Assembly (NCBI RefSeq): GCF_020073745.1
Contig: NZ_JAIRAU010000047.1
Location: 29,990 to 93,989, forward strand
Reading direction: 5' to 3'
From: Nannocystis pusilla
GTDB lineage: Bacteria > Myxococcota_A > Polyangia > Nannocystales > Nannocystaceae
DNA length: 64,000 nucleotides
How positions within the stretch are numbered: the stretch's first letter is position 1; each line of letters begins with the position of its first letter. The notes below the pieces were generated by a model, which saw only the letters and a program-made list of their open reading frames with translations, made no database searches and had not been told where the DNA came from. Shown here piece after piece: positions 19,455 to 28,825 of this stretch. Both the position numbers and the translations under genes were made by a program.

Positions 19455-21100
19455 GCGCCACCTCCGGTGTTCAGGATGTTGACCACGAAGCGCGCCGGCG
19501 GGCAGCCGTGGCTGACCGCGTTGCTCTGCGACGGCTCGCCCTTGCCGTCGCTCATGCTGCCGCCGAGGCGGTACGTGTCTGTCCCTCCGAGCATGTCACA
19601 CGAGCTCCAGAATTCGACCGTGTTGGCCTGGTATGCCACGTCGCGCAGCGGCCGCGTCAACCGTCCGTGTTTGATCTCCCAGAAGAACTGGCCCGAGAAC
19701 TGGAAGTTGTAGCGCTGCTGGTCGATCGACCAGCTGCCGCGGCCCGTGATCAGCACCCCGTCGTCGGTCGCCCCGATCAGGTCCTCGGTCGTGTAGCCCT
19801 CGCTGCCCGGCTGCAGGCTCACGTTCGGCATGCGCTGGAACGGCACGCTCGCGTAGCTGTCGGCGTAGCTGCAGCCGCGGCTGGCCTGCTCGCCGGCGGC
19901 GGCCGCCAAATCGCGCGTCGTCTGCCAGCCGACGAACTTCCCCTTCTTCACCAGGTCCCAGCGCTGGCTCGCCACCGCCTCGTCGTCCCACGCCGTCGTC
20001 GCCAGCCCGCCCGGCTGCGTGCGGTCGGCCGCGAGGTTGACGATGTCGCTGCCGATCTTGAACTTGCCCGCCTTGTCCGCGGTCAGGAAGCTCGTGCCGG
20101 CGTAGTTCGCCTCGTAGCCGAGCGCCCGGTCGAGCTCCGTCGAGTGGCCGATGCTCTCGTGGATCGTCAGCCACAGGTTCGACGGCGCCAGGATCGCGTG
20201 CTTCTTGCCCGGCTGGACCGGCGCCGCGTGCAGCTTCTGCAGCGCCTCCTCGGCGATCTTCGGCGCCGTGCCCACCAGGTCGGCCGCCGTCACGTGCTCC
20301 CAGCCGGCCAGCATCGGCGCCACCTCGTGGTCGCGCCCCGCGAAGCGGCCGCGCCGGCGATCGATCGCCGTCGCCGTCAGCCCCGGGACCACGCGGAAGA
20401 AGATCTGGTGCACCCGCGAGCCCTCGCTCGTCATCACCAGCTTCTCCTCGCGCACGCACGCCACGTTCGCGTCGACGTGCGCCACCCCGGGCACCGCCAA
20501 CGCCGCCCGCGCCGCCGCCAGCAGCAGCTCCGCCTTCTCCGCCGGCGCGATCGAGAACGGGTCGACCGTGAACGGCGACACCCACCCGCCCTGCAGCACC
20601 GGCGCGGCCGCCAGCGTCACCGGCTGCGGCATCAGCAGCGAGCTCTGGCGGGCCATCGCCACCGCCGCCCTGGCGATCCCCTCGACCGCCTTCGCGGTGC
20701 GCTCCGCCGTCGCCGCGAAGCCCCAACCTCCGTCGGCGATCACCCGGAGCCCGACCCCGTAGTCCTCGCTGCGGCCGATCCCGCTCACGTGATCGTCGCG
20801 CACCGACACCCGCTCGCGCCGCATCAGCACCAGCCGCGCGTCCGCGTAGCTCGCCCCTGCCTTCTTCGCCGCCTCGAGCGCCACGCGCAACAGGTTCTCG
20901 TCGGCCAGGAGCCGGCTCGCGGCCAGCAAGGCCATGCCCGCGTCCGCGCTCGCGGGCGCCGACTTCGGCGCCGGGACCCGGCTCGGTGCCGGCCCCGCCC
21001 ACGCCGCGCGTGAACCGTGGAGCAGCGCCTCGGCGCCACAGAGCCCCGTGAGCGCGAGGAAGGAGCGGCGAGAGCTCGACATCGGCGCGATGATACCCAT
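19451..21100 (-). CDS. tldD: TldD family metalloprotease with twin-arginine (Tat) signal peptide
   Basis: SRRSFLALTGLCGAEALL Tat motif at the N-terminus. TldD core (HESIGHSTELD... GTSFL..). An alternative ATG is at 21083. Confidence 0.8.
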   Translation of the reverse strand: MGIIAPMSSSRRSFLALTGLCGAEALLHGSRAAWAGPAPSRVPAPKSAPASADAGMALLAASRLLADENLLRVALEAAKKAGASYADARLVLMRRERVSVRDDHVSGIGRSEDYGVGLRVIADGGWGFAATAERTAKAVEGIARAAVAMARQSSLLMPQPVTLAAAPVLQGGWVSPFTVDPFSIAPAEKAELLLAAARAALAVPGVAHVDANVACVREEKLVMTSEGSRVHQIFFRVVPGLTATAIDRRRGRFAGRDHEVAPMLAGWEHVTAADLVGTAPKIAEEALQKLHAAPVQPGKKHAILAPSNLWLTIHESIGHSTELDRALGYEANYAGTSFLTADKAGKFKIGSDIVNLAADRTQPGGLATTAWDDEAVASQRWDLVKKGKFVGWQTTRDLAAAAGEQASRGCSYADSYASVPFQRMPNVSLQPGSEGYTTEDLIGATDDGVLITGRGSWSIDQQRYNFQFSGQFFWEIKHGRLTRPLRDVAYQANTVEFWSSCDMLGGTDTYRLGGSMSDGKGEPSQSNAVSHGCPPARFVVNILNTGGGA

Positions 21101-21599
21101 CCCGCCTGCGCCGCCGCGCGTGAAAATCACCCGTCGTGCCGCTCCCCGCGGGTCCTCCGCCCCGCACGATCCCGCAGCCCGCGGCGCTTCGCCGACGTCC
21201 TGGCGTCTGACCCCCGATCGATCCGCGGACACACGCCCGCGGAGATCCCCGGGCTCCTGGGGCGCCTCCGACGCCGGCCGCTCGACCTGCGCCGGTCCGG
21301 TCGCCGAGCCGCCGACTCCCCCGATCGCTATCGCCGGTCTCGATCCCAATCGCAGTTCGCGACCTCCCCCCGATCGCGCTCGCTGCATTCCCGCCGTCGT
21401 CGGCCGACCCCGCTCGAGGCCTCGCGCCGCCGCTGCGTGACGGCTTTGTCATCGCGCGATCACCACGCTGCGCACGCGCGTCCCGGACCCCCGCAAGCGA
21501 GGCCCTCGGTGCTCCCCGACGACGGATCCGAACATCCCCGGGCAAGGGTCCCACGTCGGGGACTTGCCCTCATGAGGGGGATCGTGCGTTCATCGCCCC

Positions 21600-23039
21600 A
21601 TGGTCTCCCCTCGTCTATCGGTCGCTGGCATGGCCGTGTGTCTCCTCGTCGCCTGCGGCGACGACAACCGTGCCGACAGCAGCGTCGGGTCCGCCACGGT
21701 CACCATGACCGCGACGATCACCGTCGGCCCCATCACTGCCACCGGCAGCACCCTCACCGAGGGTGCCACGCAGGGCACGGGTCCGACCGAGGGGACCGCC
21801 TCGGGTGGTGACACCGACGGCACCAGCGAGTCCCCCCCGACCACCAGCAACGGCTCGATGACGAGCGTGACCACCCAGGGCGGTCCGAAGTTCGACCTCG
21901 GCGTCACTCCCGACGGCGGCACCAGCTGCGCCGGCAACATGGACATCGACGAGAGCTTCATCTGGATCCCCGCCACCAGCCACGGCCACGTCTCCAAGAT
22001 CAACACCCGCACCCTCGTCGAGGAGGGGCGCTACCTCACCGGTCCGAGCGGCGGCACCGAGGACGTCTCGCGCACCGCCGTCTCCGGCGACGGCCGCTTC
22101 GTCGTCGTCAACGCGCGCGGCACCGGCCGTTCGACCGCCGTCGCCGCCAACATCGCCGACTGCATCGACGCCAACGGCGACGGCCAGATCACCACCTCGA
22201 CCGGCCCCGCCGACGTCAAGCCGTGGGGCACCGACGAGTGCGTCGTGTGGACCATCCTGCACGCCAACTGGTCGGGCGGCCAGACCCACGGCCCGCGCGG
22301 GATCACGTGGACGATCGGCGACTACGACAAGGCCACCTGCACCTACAAGAACCAGAAGGTCTGGCTCGGCTTCGGCGCCATGCAGGCCGGAGCCGCCAAC
22401 TTCGTCCGCCTCGACGGCGCCACCGGCCTGCTCGAGCAGTCGATCGAGGCCGCGGGCTGGAACGGCAGCGGCTACGCGCCGTACGGCGGCGCCCTCGACC
22501 CGCAGGACAACGCCTGGTTCACCGGCCTGCGCGGCGAGCTCGCGCGCGTCAACACCTCCGAGAACCCGATCACGATCACGCGGATCCCCCAGCCGGGCAA
22601 CATTCAGTCCTACGGCATGACCGTCGACCGCAACGGCAACCCGTGGATGGCCGGCTGCTCCGGCCCGGTCTCCACCTACGACGTCAACTCCGGCCAGTGG
22701 ATCTCGGTCGCCGGCGCCAACGCCTGCCACCGCGGCATGGCCATCGACCACAACGACCACGCCTGGGTCGCCTCCAACGGCCCGTGCGGCCTCGTCGAGA
22801 TCGACGTCACCACCCGCACCCTCGTCGCCTTCCACAACCTCGCCCAGTGCTCGACCCCGATCGGCGTCAGCGTCGACGTCGACGGCTTCGTGTGGCTGGT
22901 CGACCAGGCCGGCTGGGCGTGGAAGATCGACCCGATGAACGTCGGGGCGATGCAGAACATCCCCGTCGAAGGCAACCACTACGTCTACTCCGACATGACC
23001 GGCGGCCAGCTCAAGAGCGTCACCCCGCCGCCGGGCTGA
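21600..23039 (+). CDS. lipoprotein with Thr/Gly-rich linker and beta-propeller-like C-terminal domain
   Basis: MVSPRLSVAGMAVCLLVAC signal plus lipobox. TGxT low-complexity linker. Repeated blade-like segments (WV/WM, DxNG). Confidence 0.55.
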   Translation: MVSPRLSVAGMAVCLLVACGDDNRADSSVGSATVTMTATITVGPITATGSTLTEGATQGTGPTEGTASGGDTDGTSESPPTTSNGSMTSVTTQGGPKFDLGVTPDGGTSCAGNMDIDESFIWIPATSHGHVSKINTRTLVEEGRYLTGPSGGTEDVSRTAVSGDGRFVVVNARGTGRSTAVAANIADCIDANGDGQITTSTGPADVKPWGTDECVVWTILHANWSGGQTHGPRGITWTIGDYDKATCTYKNQKVWLGFGAMQAGAANFVRLDGATGLLEQSIEAAGWNGSGYAPYGGALDPQDNAWFTGLRGELARVNTSENPITITRIPQPGNIQSYGMTVDRNGNPWMAGCSGPVSTYDVNSGQWISVAGANACHRGMAIDHNDHAWVASNGPCGLVEIDVTTRTLVAFHNLAQCSTPIGVSVDVDGFVWLVDQAGWAWKIDPMNVGAMQNIPVEGNHYVYSDMTGGQLKSVTPPPG

Positions 23040-23045
23040 CCCTCC

Positions 23046-23128
23046 GAGACATGACCTTCGGGGCATGTCCTGAAGGTCATATCTCGGCAACCATGTCTTC
23101 ACGGACATGTCGTCCATGACATGTCCCC
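23046..23128. repeat. array of 5-6 RCATGYCC-type units in the gap before the histidine kinase gene
   Basis: gagacatgacc / ggcatgtcc / ggtcatatc / ccatgtcttc / ggacatgtcg / gacatgtcccc. Confidence 0.65.
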
Positions 23129-23320
23129 GTGTGGACCTCGTCCCGCGCCGACGTCCGCCGGTCTCCTCGCGGCCCTCGGAGGCGGGACCGCCCGCGGCCG
23201 GCGGACCGCCCGTGCCCGCCTGGCTCGGCGGCAACACCGTTCTCGCCGGCAGCGCCGGCTCGCGGTCTGGACTCACGTATCCTTGCCGTCGTGCTGCTCC
23301 CGGCAGACTTTGCCGAGCTG

Positions 23321-26300
23321 ATGGAGGACGGGCTGCTCCTCGTCTCGCGCGCCGGCGAGGTGCGGGACGCCAACAGCGCCGCCGAGCGCCTGCTGGACGC
23401 TGCGCGGGGCGACCTCGTCGGTCGCGCCATCGGCGACCTGCTGCTCGTACCCGTCCCGGGGCGGCTCGCCGCCGTCTGCGCCGCCGACGACGAGACCCGC
23501 TTGCACGTCTCGGACCTGCGCGGCGGCCGGCTCGCGCTGCGTGTGGTGCCCCGCGGCGACAGCGTCTGGGCCTTCCTTCGCCGCGAGCGCGCCGAGATCG
23601 GCCCCGCCTCGCCGCAGGGGCGCCAGCAGCTGCGCACGGTCCTGCGCCACACCCCGGTCGTCCTGTTCGCCTGCGACGAGGACGGCGTGTTCACCGTCAA
23701 CGAGGGCCACGGCCTCAACCGCTCCCAGGTGCCGACCGGATCCAGCGTCGGCCGCTCGATCTTCGACGCCTACGGCGACATCCCCTGGGTCGTCGACGCC
23801 GCCCGCCGGGCCCTCGCCGGCGAGTCGGTCTCGCTGGTCGGCCAGCTGCGCGGCGTGACCTACGAGACCTGCTACAGCCCGGTCCGCGGCGGCGACGGCC
23901 GGGTCATCGGCCTCGTCGGCGTGGCCCTCGACGTCACCGAGCGCGAGCGTGCGCTCGAGCGGCTCGCCACCAAGCGGTCGGTCCTCGACTACGTGCTCGC
24001 CCACGTCCCGCAGGCGATCTTCTGGAAGGACCGCCAGAGCCGCTACCTCGGCTGCAACGACCACTTCCTCAAGCGCACCGATCTGGCCAGCGTCGACGAG
24101 CTGATCGGCAAGACCGACCACGACATCTGCGCCTCGCGCGAGGAGGCCGACTTCTTCCGCGCCACCGACGAGCGGGTCATGAGCTCCGGCGTCCCGCTCC
24201 TCAACATCGAGGAGTCGATGAAGCTGCTCGACGGCCGCGAGAGCTACCTGCTCACCAGCAAGGTGCCGATGCGGGACGACCGCGGCGAGGTCACCGGGAT
24301 CCTCGGCATCTACGTCGACATCACCGAGCGCAAGCGCATCGAGCTCGAGCTGCAGCGGGCCAAGCAGGCCGCCGACGCCGCCCTGCGGGCCAAGAGCGAG
24401 TTCCTCACCACCATCAGCCACGAGCTGCGAACCCCGCTGGCCCTGATCCTCGGCCCGCTCGAGTCGCTGCTGCACGAGGGCGACGAGCCGCTCGGCCAGC
24501 GCACCCGCGCCGTCATGACTCGCATGTGGCGCAACGCCTCGCGCCTCGGCCGCCTCGTCGACGACATCCTCGACTATCAGAAGCTCGAGGCCGGCAAGCT
24601 GCACGCCGCCTGGGAGCCCGTCGACGTCCGCGACCTCGTCGAGGGCATCGTCCTCGACGCCGGGCCGGCCGCCGACGCCGCCGGCCTCACCCTGCGCCAC
24701 GAGCTCGCCCCGGGCCTCGGCACCGTCCCGCTCGACCGGCACATGTTCGAGAAGATCCTCCTCAACCTGCTCGGCAACGCCCTCAAGTTCACCCCCGCCG
24801 GCGGCAGCATCACCGTCACCCTCGAGCCCCTCGCCGACCGGCGCATGCGCCTCGCCGTCCGCGACACCGGCCCCGGCATCGCCCCCGAAGAGCACGAGCG
24901 GGCGTTCCAGCGCTTCCAGCAGCTCGACAGCTCGATGACCCGCAAACACGAGGGCACCGGCCTCGGCCTCGCCCTCGTGCGCGAGTTCGCCGAGGAGATG
25001 GGCGGCACCGTCAGCCTGCGGAGCGCGCCCGGCGAGGGCGCCTGCTTCACCGTCGAGCTGCCGATCGACGCCGATCGCCTCGCCACCCTGGGACCCGTCC
25101 CCGAGCCGCCCGCCCCCGCGCGTGCGAGCCCCTTCGAGGTCATCCGCCGCGAGCAGCCCCCCGCCCCCGCGTCCGACCGCCCGCGCCTCGTCGTCGCCGA
25201 GGACAACCCCGACATGGCGAGCTACATCGCCGGCATCCTCGGCGACGACTACGCCATCGAGCTGGTCGGCAACGGCGCCGAGGCCCTGCGGGCCGCCCAG
25301 GCCCGCCGCCCCGACGTCGTCCTCTCCGACATCATGATGCCGGAGATGGACGGCTACGAGCTCGTCGCCCGCCTCAAGCGCGACCAGTCCCTGCGCGACG
25401 TCCCGGTCGTCCTGCTCAGCGCCAAGGCCAGCCGCGACGAGACCGTCCGCGGCCTCGAGGTCGGCGCCGACGACTACCTGCCCAAGCCGTTCGCCCCCAT
25501 CGAGCTGCGCGCCCGGCTCGCCGCGGCGCTCCGCCTGCACCGCACCCACCTCGAGGTCGTCCAGCAGAAGCGGGCGCTCGAGCAGGCCCTGCGCACCCTC
25601 GAGGACACCCAGGACCAACTGGTGCAGTCGAGCAAGATGGCCGCCGTCGGCACCCTCATCGCCGGACTGTCGCACGAGCTCAACAACCCGGTGGCGATCA
25701 TCCGCATGAGCGCGCAGATGCTGCTGCGCCGCAACCCCCGCGACCCGTTCGTGCGCCGCACCCTCGAGCGGATCGAGCGCCACTCGCAGCGCTGCGCCGC
25801 GCTGGTCGAGACCCTGCTCGCGTACACGCGCCGGCGGCCGACCACCCCCGAGCGCTGCGACCTCGGCCAGATCCTCACCTGGCTCGTCGACCTCGTCCGG
25901 CCCGAGGCCGAGGAGCGAGGCATCCGCCTCGTCGTCGACGCCGGCGACGGCACGTTGCCCGCGCTCGTCGTCCACCGCCCCGCGCTCGAGTCGGCCCTGC
26001 TCAACGTCTTCAGCAACGCCGCCGACGCCACCGGCCGCGGCGGCACCATCGAGATCGCCGCCCGCTCCGCGCCTGGCCGCGACGGCCGCGACGGCGCCGA
26101 GATCGTCGTCCGCGACAGCGGCGTCGGCATCGAGCCCGAGGCCCTCTCGCACCTGTTCGAGCCGTTTTACACCACCAAGGCGCCGGGCAAGGGCACCGGC
26201 CTCGGACTGCCGATGACGCAGAAGTTCGTCCAGTCCCAGGGCGGCACCATCCGCGTCGACAGCGAGCTCGGACGCGGCACCGCCGTGCGGATCTGGCTGC

Positions 26301-26365
26301 CCCTCGTCCCGCCCGAGCAGGCGCCCGCCGCCGAGCCCCAGCGCCTCGCCTCCGAACGGCCGTGA
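23321..26365 (+). CDS. multi-PAS hybrid sensor histidine kinase with receiver domain and a second HisKA-HATPase module
   Basis: Several PAS-like segments. H-box ISHELRTPL and G-box GTGLGLALV. Receiver (VVAEDNPDM...DVVLSDIMMPEMDGYEL...LSAKA). Second H-box LSHELNNPV and second G-box GTGLGLPM. Start set at ATG 23321; a GTG at 23291 is possible. Confidence 0.8.
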   Translation: MEDGLLLVSRAGEVRDANSAAERLLDAARGDLVGRAIGDLLLVPVPGRLAAVCAADDETRLHVSDLRGGRLALRVVPRGDSVWAFLRRERAEIGPASPQGRQQLRTVLRHTPVVLFACDEDGVFTVNEGHGLNRSQVPTGSSVGRSIFDAYGDIPWVVDAARRALAGESVSLVGQLRGVTYETCYSPVRGGDGRVIGLVGVALDVTERERALERLATKRSVLDYVLAHVPQAIFWKDRQSRYLGCNDHFLKRTDLASVDELIGKTDHDICASREEADFFRATDERVMSSGVPLLNIEESMKLLDGRESYLLTSKVPMRDDRGEVTGILGIYVDITERKRIELELQRAKQAADAALRAKSEFLTTISHELRTPLALILGPLESLLHEGDEPLGQRTRAVMTRMWRNASRLGRLVDDILDYQKLEAGKLHAAWEPVDVRDLVEGIVLDAGPAADAAGLTLRHELAPGLGTVPLDRHMFEKILLNLLGNALKFTPAGGSITVTLEPLADRRMRLAVRDTGPGIAPEEHERAFQRFQQLDSSMTRKHEGTGLGLALVREFAEEMGGTVSLRSAPGEGACFTVELPIDADRLATLGPVPEPPAPARASPFEVIRREQPPAPASDRPRLVVAEDNPDMASYIAGILGDDYAIELVGNGAEALRAAQARRPDVVLSDIMMPEMDGYELVARLKRDQSLRDVPVVLLSAKASRDETVRGLEVGADDYLPKPFAPIELRARLAAALRLHRTHLEVVQQKRALEQALRTLEDTQDQLVQSSKMAAVGTLIAGLSHELNNPVAIIRMSAQMLLRRNPRDPFVRRTLERIERHSQRCAALVETLLAYTRRRPTTPERCDLGQILTWLVDLVRPEAEERGIRLVVDAGDGTLPALVVHRPALESALLNVFSNAADATGRGGTIEIAARSAPGRDGRDGAEIVVRDSGVGIEPEALSHLFEPFYTTKAPGKGTGLGLPMTQKFVQSQGGTIRVDSELGRGTAVRIWLPLVPPEQAPAAEPQRLASERP

Positions 26366-26609
26366 CGCCCCGCGCGCGCGACCCCTCCGTTGGCAGTCAC
26401 ATGTCCTTTCAGACATCCTGACGGCCACCCCGGCGTCGCACCCACGCGTCGGGCGCCGCCCCCCGCGTCCGCCGACCCCCGCGATCGCGCGGAATTTCGC
26501 CCCCCGCGTCCCCGCAGCGAGCGCCCCCGTGTCCGCGGGCGTTTCGCTGCCCTGGCGCGGCAGATCCACACCACTCCGAGCCGTCGCACGTATGCTGCAG
26601 AGAGTACCG

Positions 26610-27692
26610 ATGCGACGCGCCGTGCGACTCGGGTTGCTGACTCTCTGCCTGGCCTGCGCTTCCCAGCACTCCGAGCCGGCCCGTCGTCCCCCCGTCTCCG
26701 AGTGCGCCGCGATCCTCGCGACCATCCCGTACCTCGACGCCGGCCCTGCCGCGCCCGCGCTCGACGAGATCGGCGCCTCCGAGCTCGGCGAGTGGATCGA
26801 TCGCCTGCGCGCCGACCCCGAGCTGCGCGTCGAGCTGGCCGTGCACATGGCCGCGGCCGCCCGCGAGCTCGCCGATCCCACCCGACGCGACGCCGGCCTG
26901 CAGGCCCTCGGCGACGACGTGCTCGCCCGCTTCCGCGCCGCAGTCCATCCCGCCGATCGCGTCGCCCTCGTGGTCCACGGCGTCCCTGGCGGGCCGCCCG
27001 ACGACCCGCTGGCCGGCAGCTGGCTGCAGCTGCGCGGCCTCTGCCCGCCCTACGCCCCCGACGGCGACCGCGACGGCGTCGCCGACCCCGACGATCCCTG
27101 CCCCGACCTCCCCGAGGATTACGACGGCCACCAGGACCACGACGGCTGCCCCGATCGCGACAACGACGGCGACGGCGTCCTCGACGCTGCCCGCTGGACC
27201 GGCAGCGAGTGGATCAACTGCGACGGCCGGCTCGAGCCCGGCAAGGGCCGCCACGACTGCCGCAACCAGCCCGAGACCGTCGACGGCGAGGAGGACGAGG
27301 ACGGCTGCCCCGAGGTCTTCGTCGCCGGCTGCGGCCGCTTCGTCGTCCGGATCCCCTACGACCCCGACACCCTCGAGCTCGACGAGGAGGCCTTCCTCGA
27401 GCTCGACGCGCGCCGCAAGCAGCTCGCCCCGCGTTACCGCACCGGCGGCAACTTCTCGCTCGAGGGCCACACCGGCGACGACCTCCCGCCCGACCAGGCC
27501 CGCCGGCTCGGCCTGACGATGGCCGAGAAAGTGCGCGACGTCCTGGTCGACCGCGGCTTCGTCCACGTCATGCTCGTGCCGACCTCGCGCGGCGCCGACA
27601 GCCCGATCGGCGAGGCCCCCCGCGACAACTACCGCGTCGAGCTCGTCGCCGGCCTCGCCTGCGCCACCCCGTCGCGCCCGCTGTGCCCGTGA
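26610..27692 (+). CDS. OmpA-family lipoprotein with thrombospondin type 3-like Asp-rich calcium-binding repeats
   Basis: MRRAVRLGLLTLCLACA lipobox. DxDxDGxxDxxD repeats (DGDRDGVADPDDPCPD, DRDNDGDGVLD). C-terminal OmpA-like domain (NFSLEGHTGD ... NYRVEL). Confidence 0.75.
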   Translation: MRRAVRLGLLTLCLACASQHSEPARRPPVSECAAILATIPYLDAGPAAPALDEIGASELGEWIDRLRADPELRVELAVHMAAAARELADPTRRDAGLQALGDDVLARFRAAVHPADRVALVVHGVPGGPPDDPLAGSWLQLRGLCPPYAPDGDRDGVADPDDPCPDLPEDYDGHQDHDGCPDRDNDGDGVLDAARWTGSEWINCDGRLEPGKGRHDCRNQPETVDGEEDEDGCPEVFVAGCGRFVVRIPYDPDTLELDEEAFLELDARRKQLAPRYRTGGNFSLEGHTGDDLPPDQARRLGLTMAEKVRDVLVDRGFVHVMLVPTSRGADSPIGEAPRDNYRVELVAGLACATPSRPLCP

Positions 27693-27694
27693 TC

Positions 27695-27732
27695 GGTCAT
27701 GTCCCCCAGGGCATGTCCTTTCGAGCATGCCC
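27695..27732. repeat. three RCATGYCC units right after the OmpA-family gene stop
   Basis: ggtcatgtccc-ccagg-gcatgtcc-tttcg-agcatgccc. Confidence 0.65.
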
Positions 27733-28009
27733 GAACAACCACCTCCTCGCGCCGCCGGCCCGTCGATCTCCCCGTCCCTGCGTCACCCACCGAGGGTCGC
27801 GCCCGAGGCCCGGCTGCGTCGCTCGCCGGGGGACTTCGCCCTCGTGGGCGCCGCCTCCGGCCGCAACTCACGAACCTCGCTGCGTCTCCTCGCAAAGCGG
27901 GGCCCGGCGCCCCCGCGCGTGCGCGGCGCCTGGTGGGAAAGTGCCTGCAAGTCGCTGGCGCCTGGGCGCCTGCCCGGGTCAAACTGGCCGCCACTCGGAG
28001 GAACAGTCC

Positions 28010-28705
28010 ATGCTCACCAACCGCACGAGCCTCGTCCTCGCCGTGATCCTCGCCGCTTGCGGCGGCGAGTCGGCCACCAAGCCCGCCCCCGTCGAAGCCA
28101 AGGCAGCAGCGCCGGCGCCCGCCGACAAGCCCGCCGAGGCGGCCCCCGAAAAGCCCGCCGAGCAGCCCGTCCTCGCCGACAGCGGCCTCGGGGTCGGCGG
28201 CAAGTTCAAGCCGTTCGAGATCGTCAACTGCGACAGCGGCGAGAAGTACTGCCAGGTCTGCAAGTTCGGCGGCAGCCCGAAGATCATGGCCGTCGGCACC
28301 CTCGACGACCCGGCCTTCCAGGACGACATCAAGAACCTCGACGCCCTCGTCAAGAAGTACGGCGAGGACAAGCTCAAGGCGTTCGCCGTCATCACCGACA
28401 TCAAGGACGGCAAGGCCACCACCCCGACGGGCGACCGCGCCGCGCTCGAGGCCAAGGTCAAGGACCTGCGCAGCGAGCTCGGCGTCGCCATCCCGCTGGT
28501 CGTCCCGGCCGACGAGGGCGGCAAGAACGACGCCTTCGACGGCTGGTACAACATCACCAAGAGCCGCACCGTCATGTTCGCCGACGGCCGCAACGCCGTG
28601 AAGTACTCCGGCGTCGCCCCGGCCGACCTGTCCGGCCTCAACACCGCGATCCAGGAGGTCCTCGGCGTCCCCGCCGACGCCGCCGAGCCGCCCAAGGCCG
28701 GCTGA
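28010..28705 (+). CDS. lipoprotein, function unknown, Ala/Pro/Lys-rich linker
   Basis: RBS-like ggagga followed by ATG. MLTNRTSLVLAVILAAC lipobox. CDSGEKYCQVCKFGG motif. Confidence 0.6.
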   Translation: MLTNRTSLVLAVILAACGGESATKPAPVEAKAAAPAPADKPAEAAPEKPAEQPVLADSGLGVGGKFKPFEIVNCDSGEKYCQVCKFGGSPKIMAVGTLDDPAFQDDIKNLDALVKKYGEDKLKAFAVITDIKDGKATTPTGDRAALEAKVKDLRSELGVAIPLVVPADEGGKNDAFDGWYNITKSRTVMFADGRNAVKYSGVAPADLSGLNTAIQEVLGVPADAAEPPKAG

Positions 28706-28710
28706 CCTTT

Positions 28711-28793
28711 CGCACCTGTCGCCAGGGCCATGTCCCTAGCGACATTTTTTAAAAGACATGCCCCGGGCGACATGCCCGAGCAGACATGCGCCC
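28711..28793. repeat. array of 6-7 RCATGYCC units with 14-bp period containing an AT-rich anomaly (gacattttttaaaagacatg) between convergent genes
   Basis: cgcacctgtcg / gccatgtccc / gacatttttt / gacatgcccc / gacatgcccg / gacatgcgccc. Confidence 0.7.
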
Positions 28794-28825
28794 GCGACGG
28801 CGCGCGCCCGGCCTGGCAGGCCGCC

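Noticed and set aside
21100-21600. 500-bp gap upstream of tldD searched for a gene or RNA
   Set aside because: Only Arg-rich wrong-frame ORFs. Contains repeated ccccgatcg words and a 30-nt imperfect palindrome (21546-21578) but nothing I can support as a feature beyond a possible regulatory site.
23107-23320. Upstream extension of the histidine kinase ORF (23107/23129 start)
   Set aside because: The N-terminal 60-70 residues in these frames are Arg/Pro-rich nonsense overlapping a motif array. The first PAS-like sequence begins near 23291-23321.
23273-26881. 1202-aa ORF on the minus strand, and many other very long ORFs (e.g. 182..1774, 207..1856, 35894..38146, 45915..49127, 59952..60902)
   Set aside because: Antisense or out-of-frame to well-supported genes. 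Their translations are Arg/Ala/Gly/Pro low-complexity typical of wrong-frame reading in a 70%-GC genome. No motifs.
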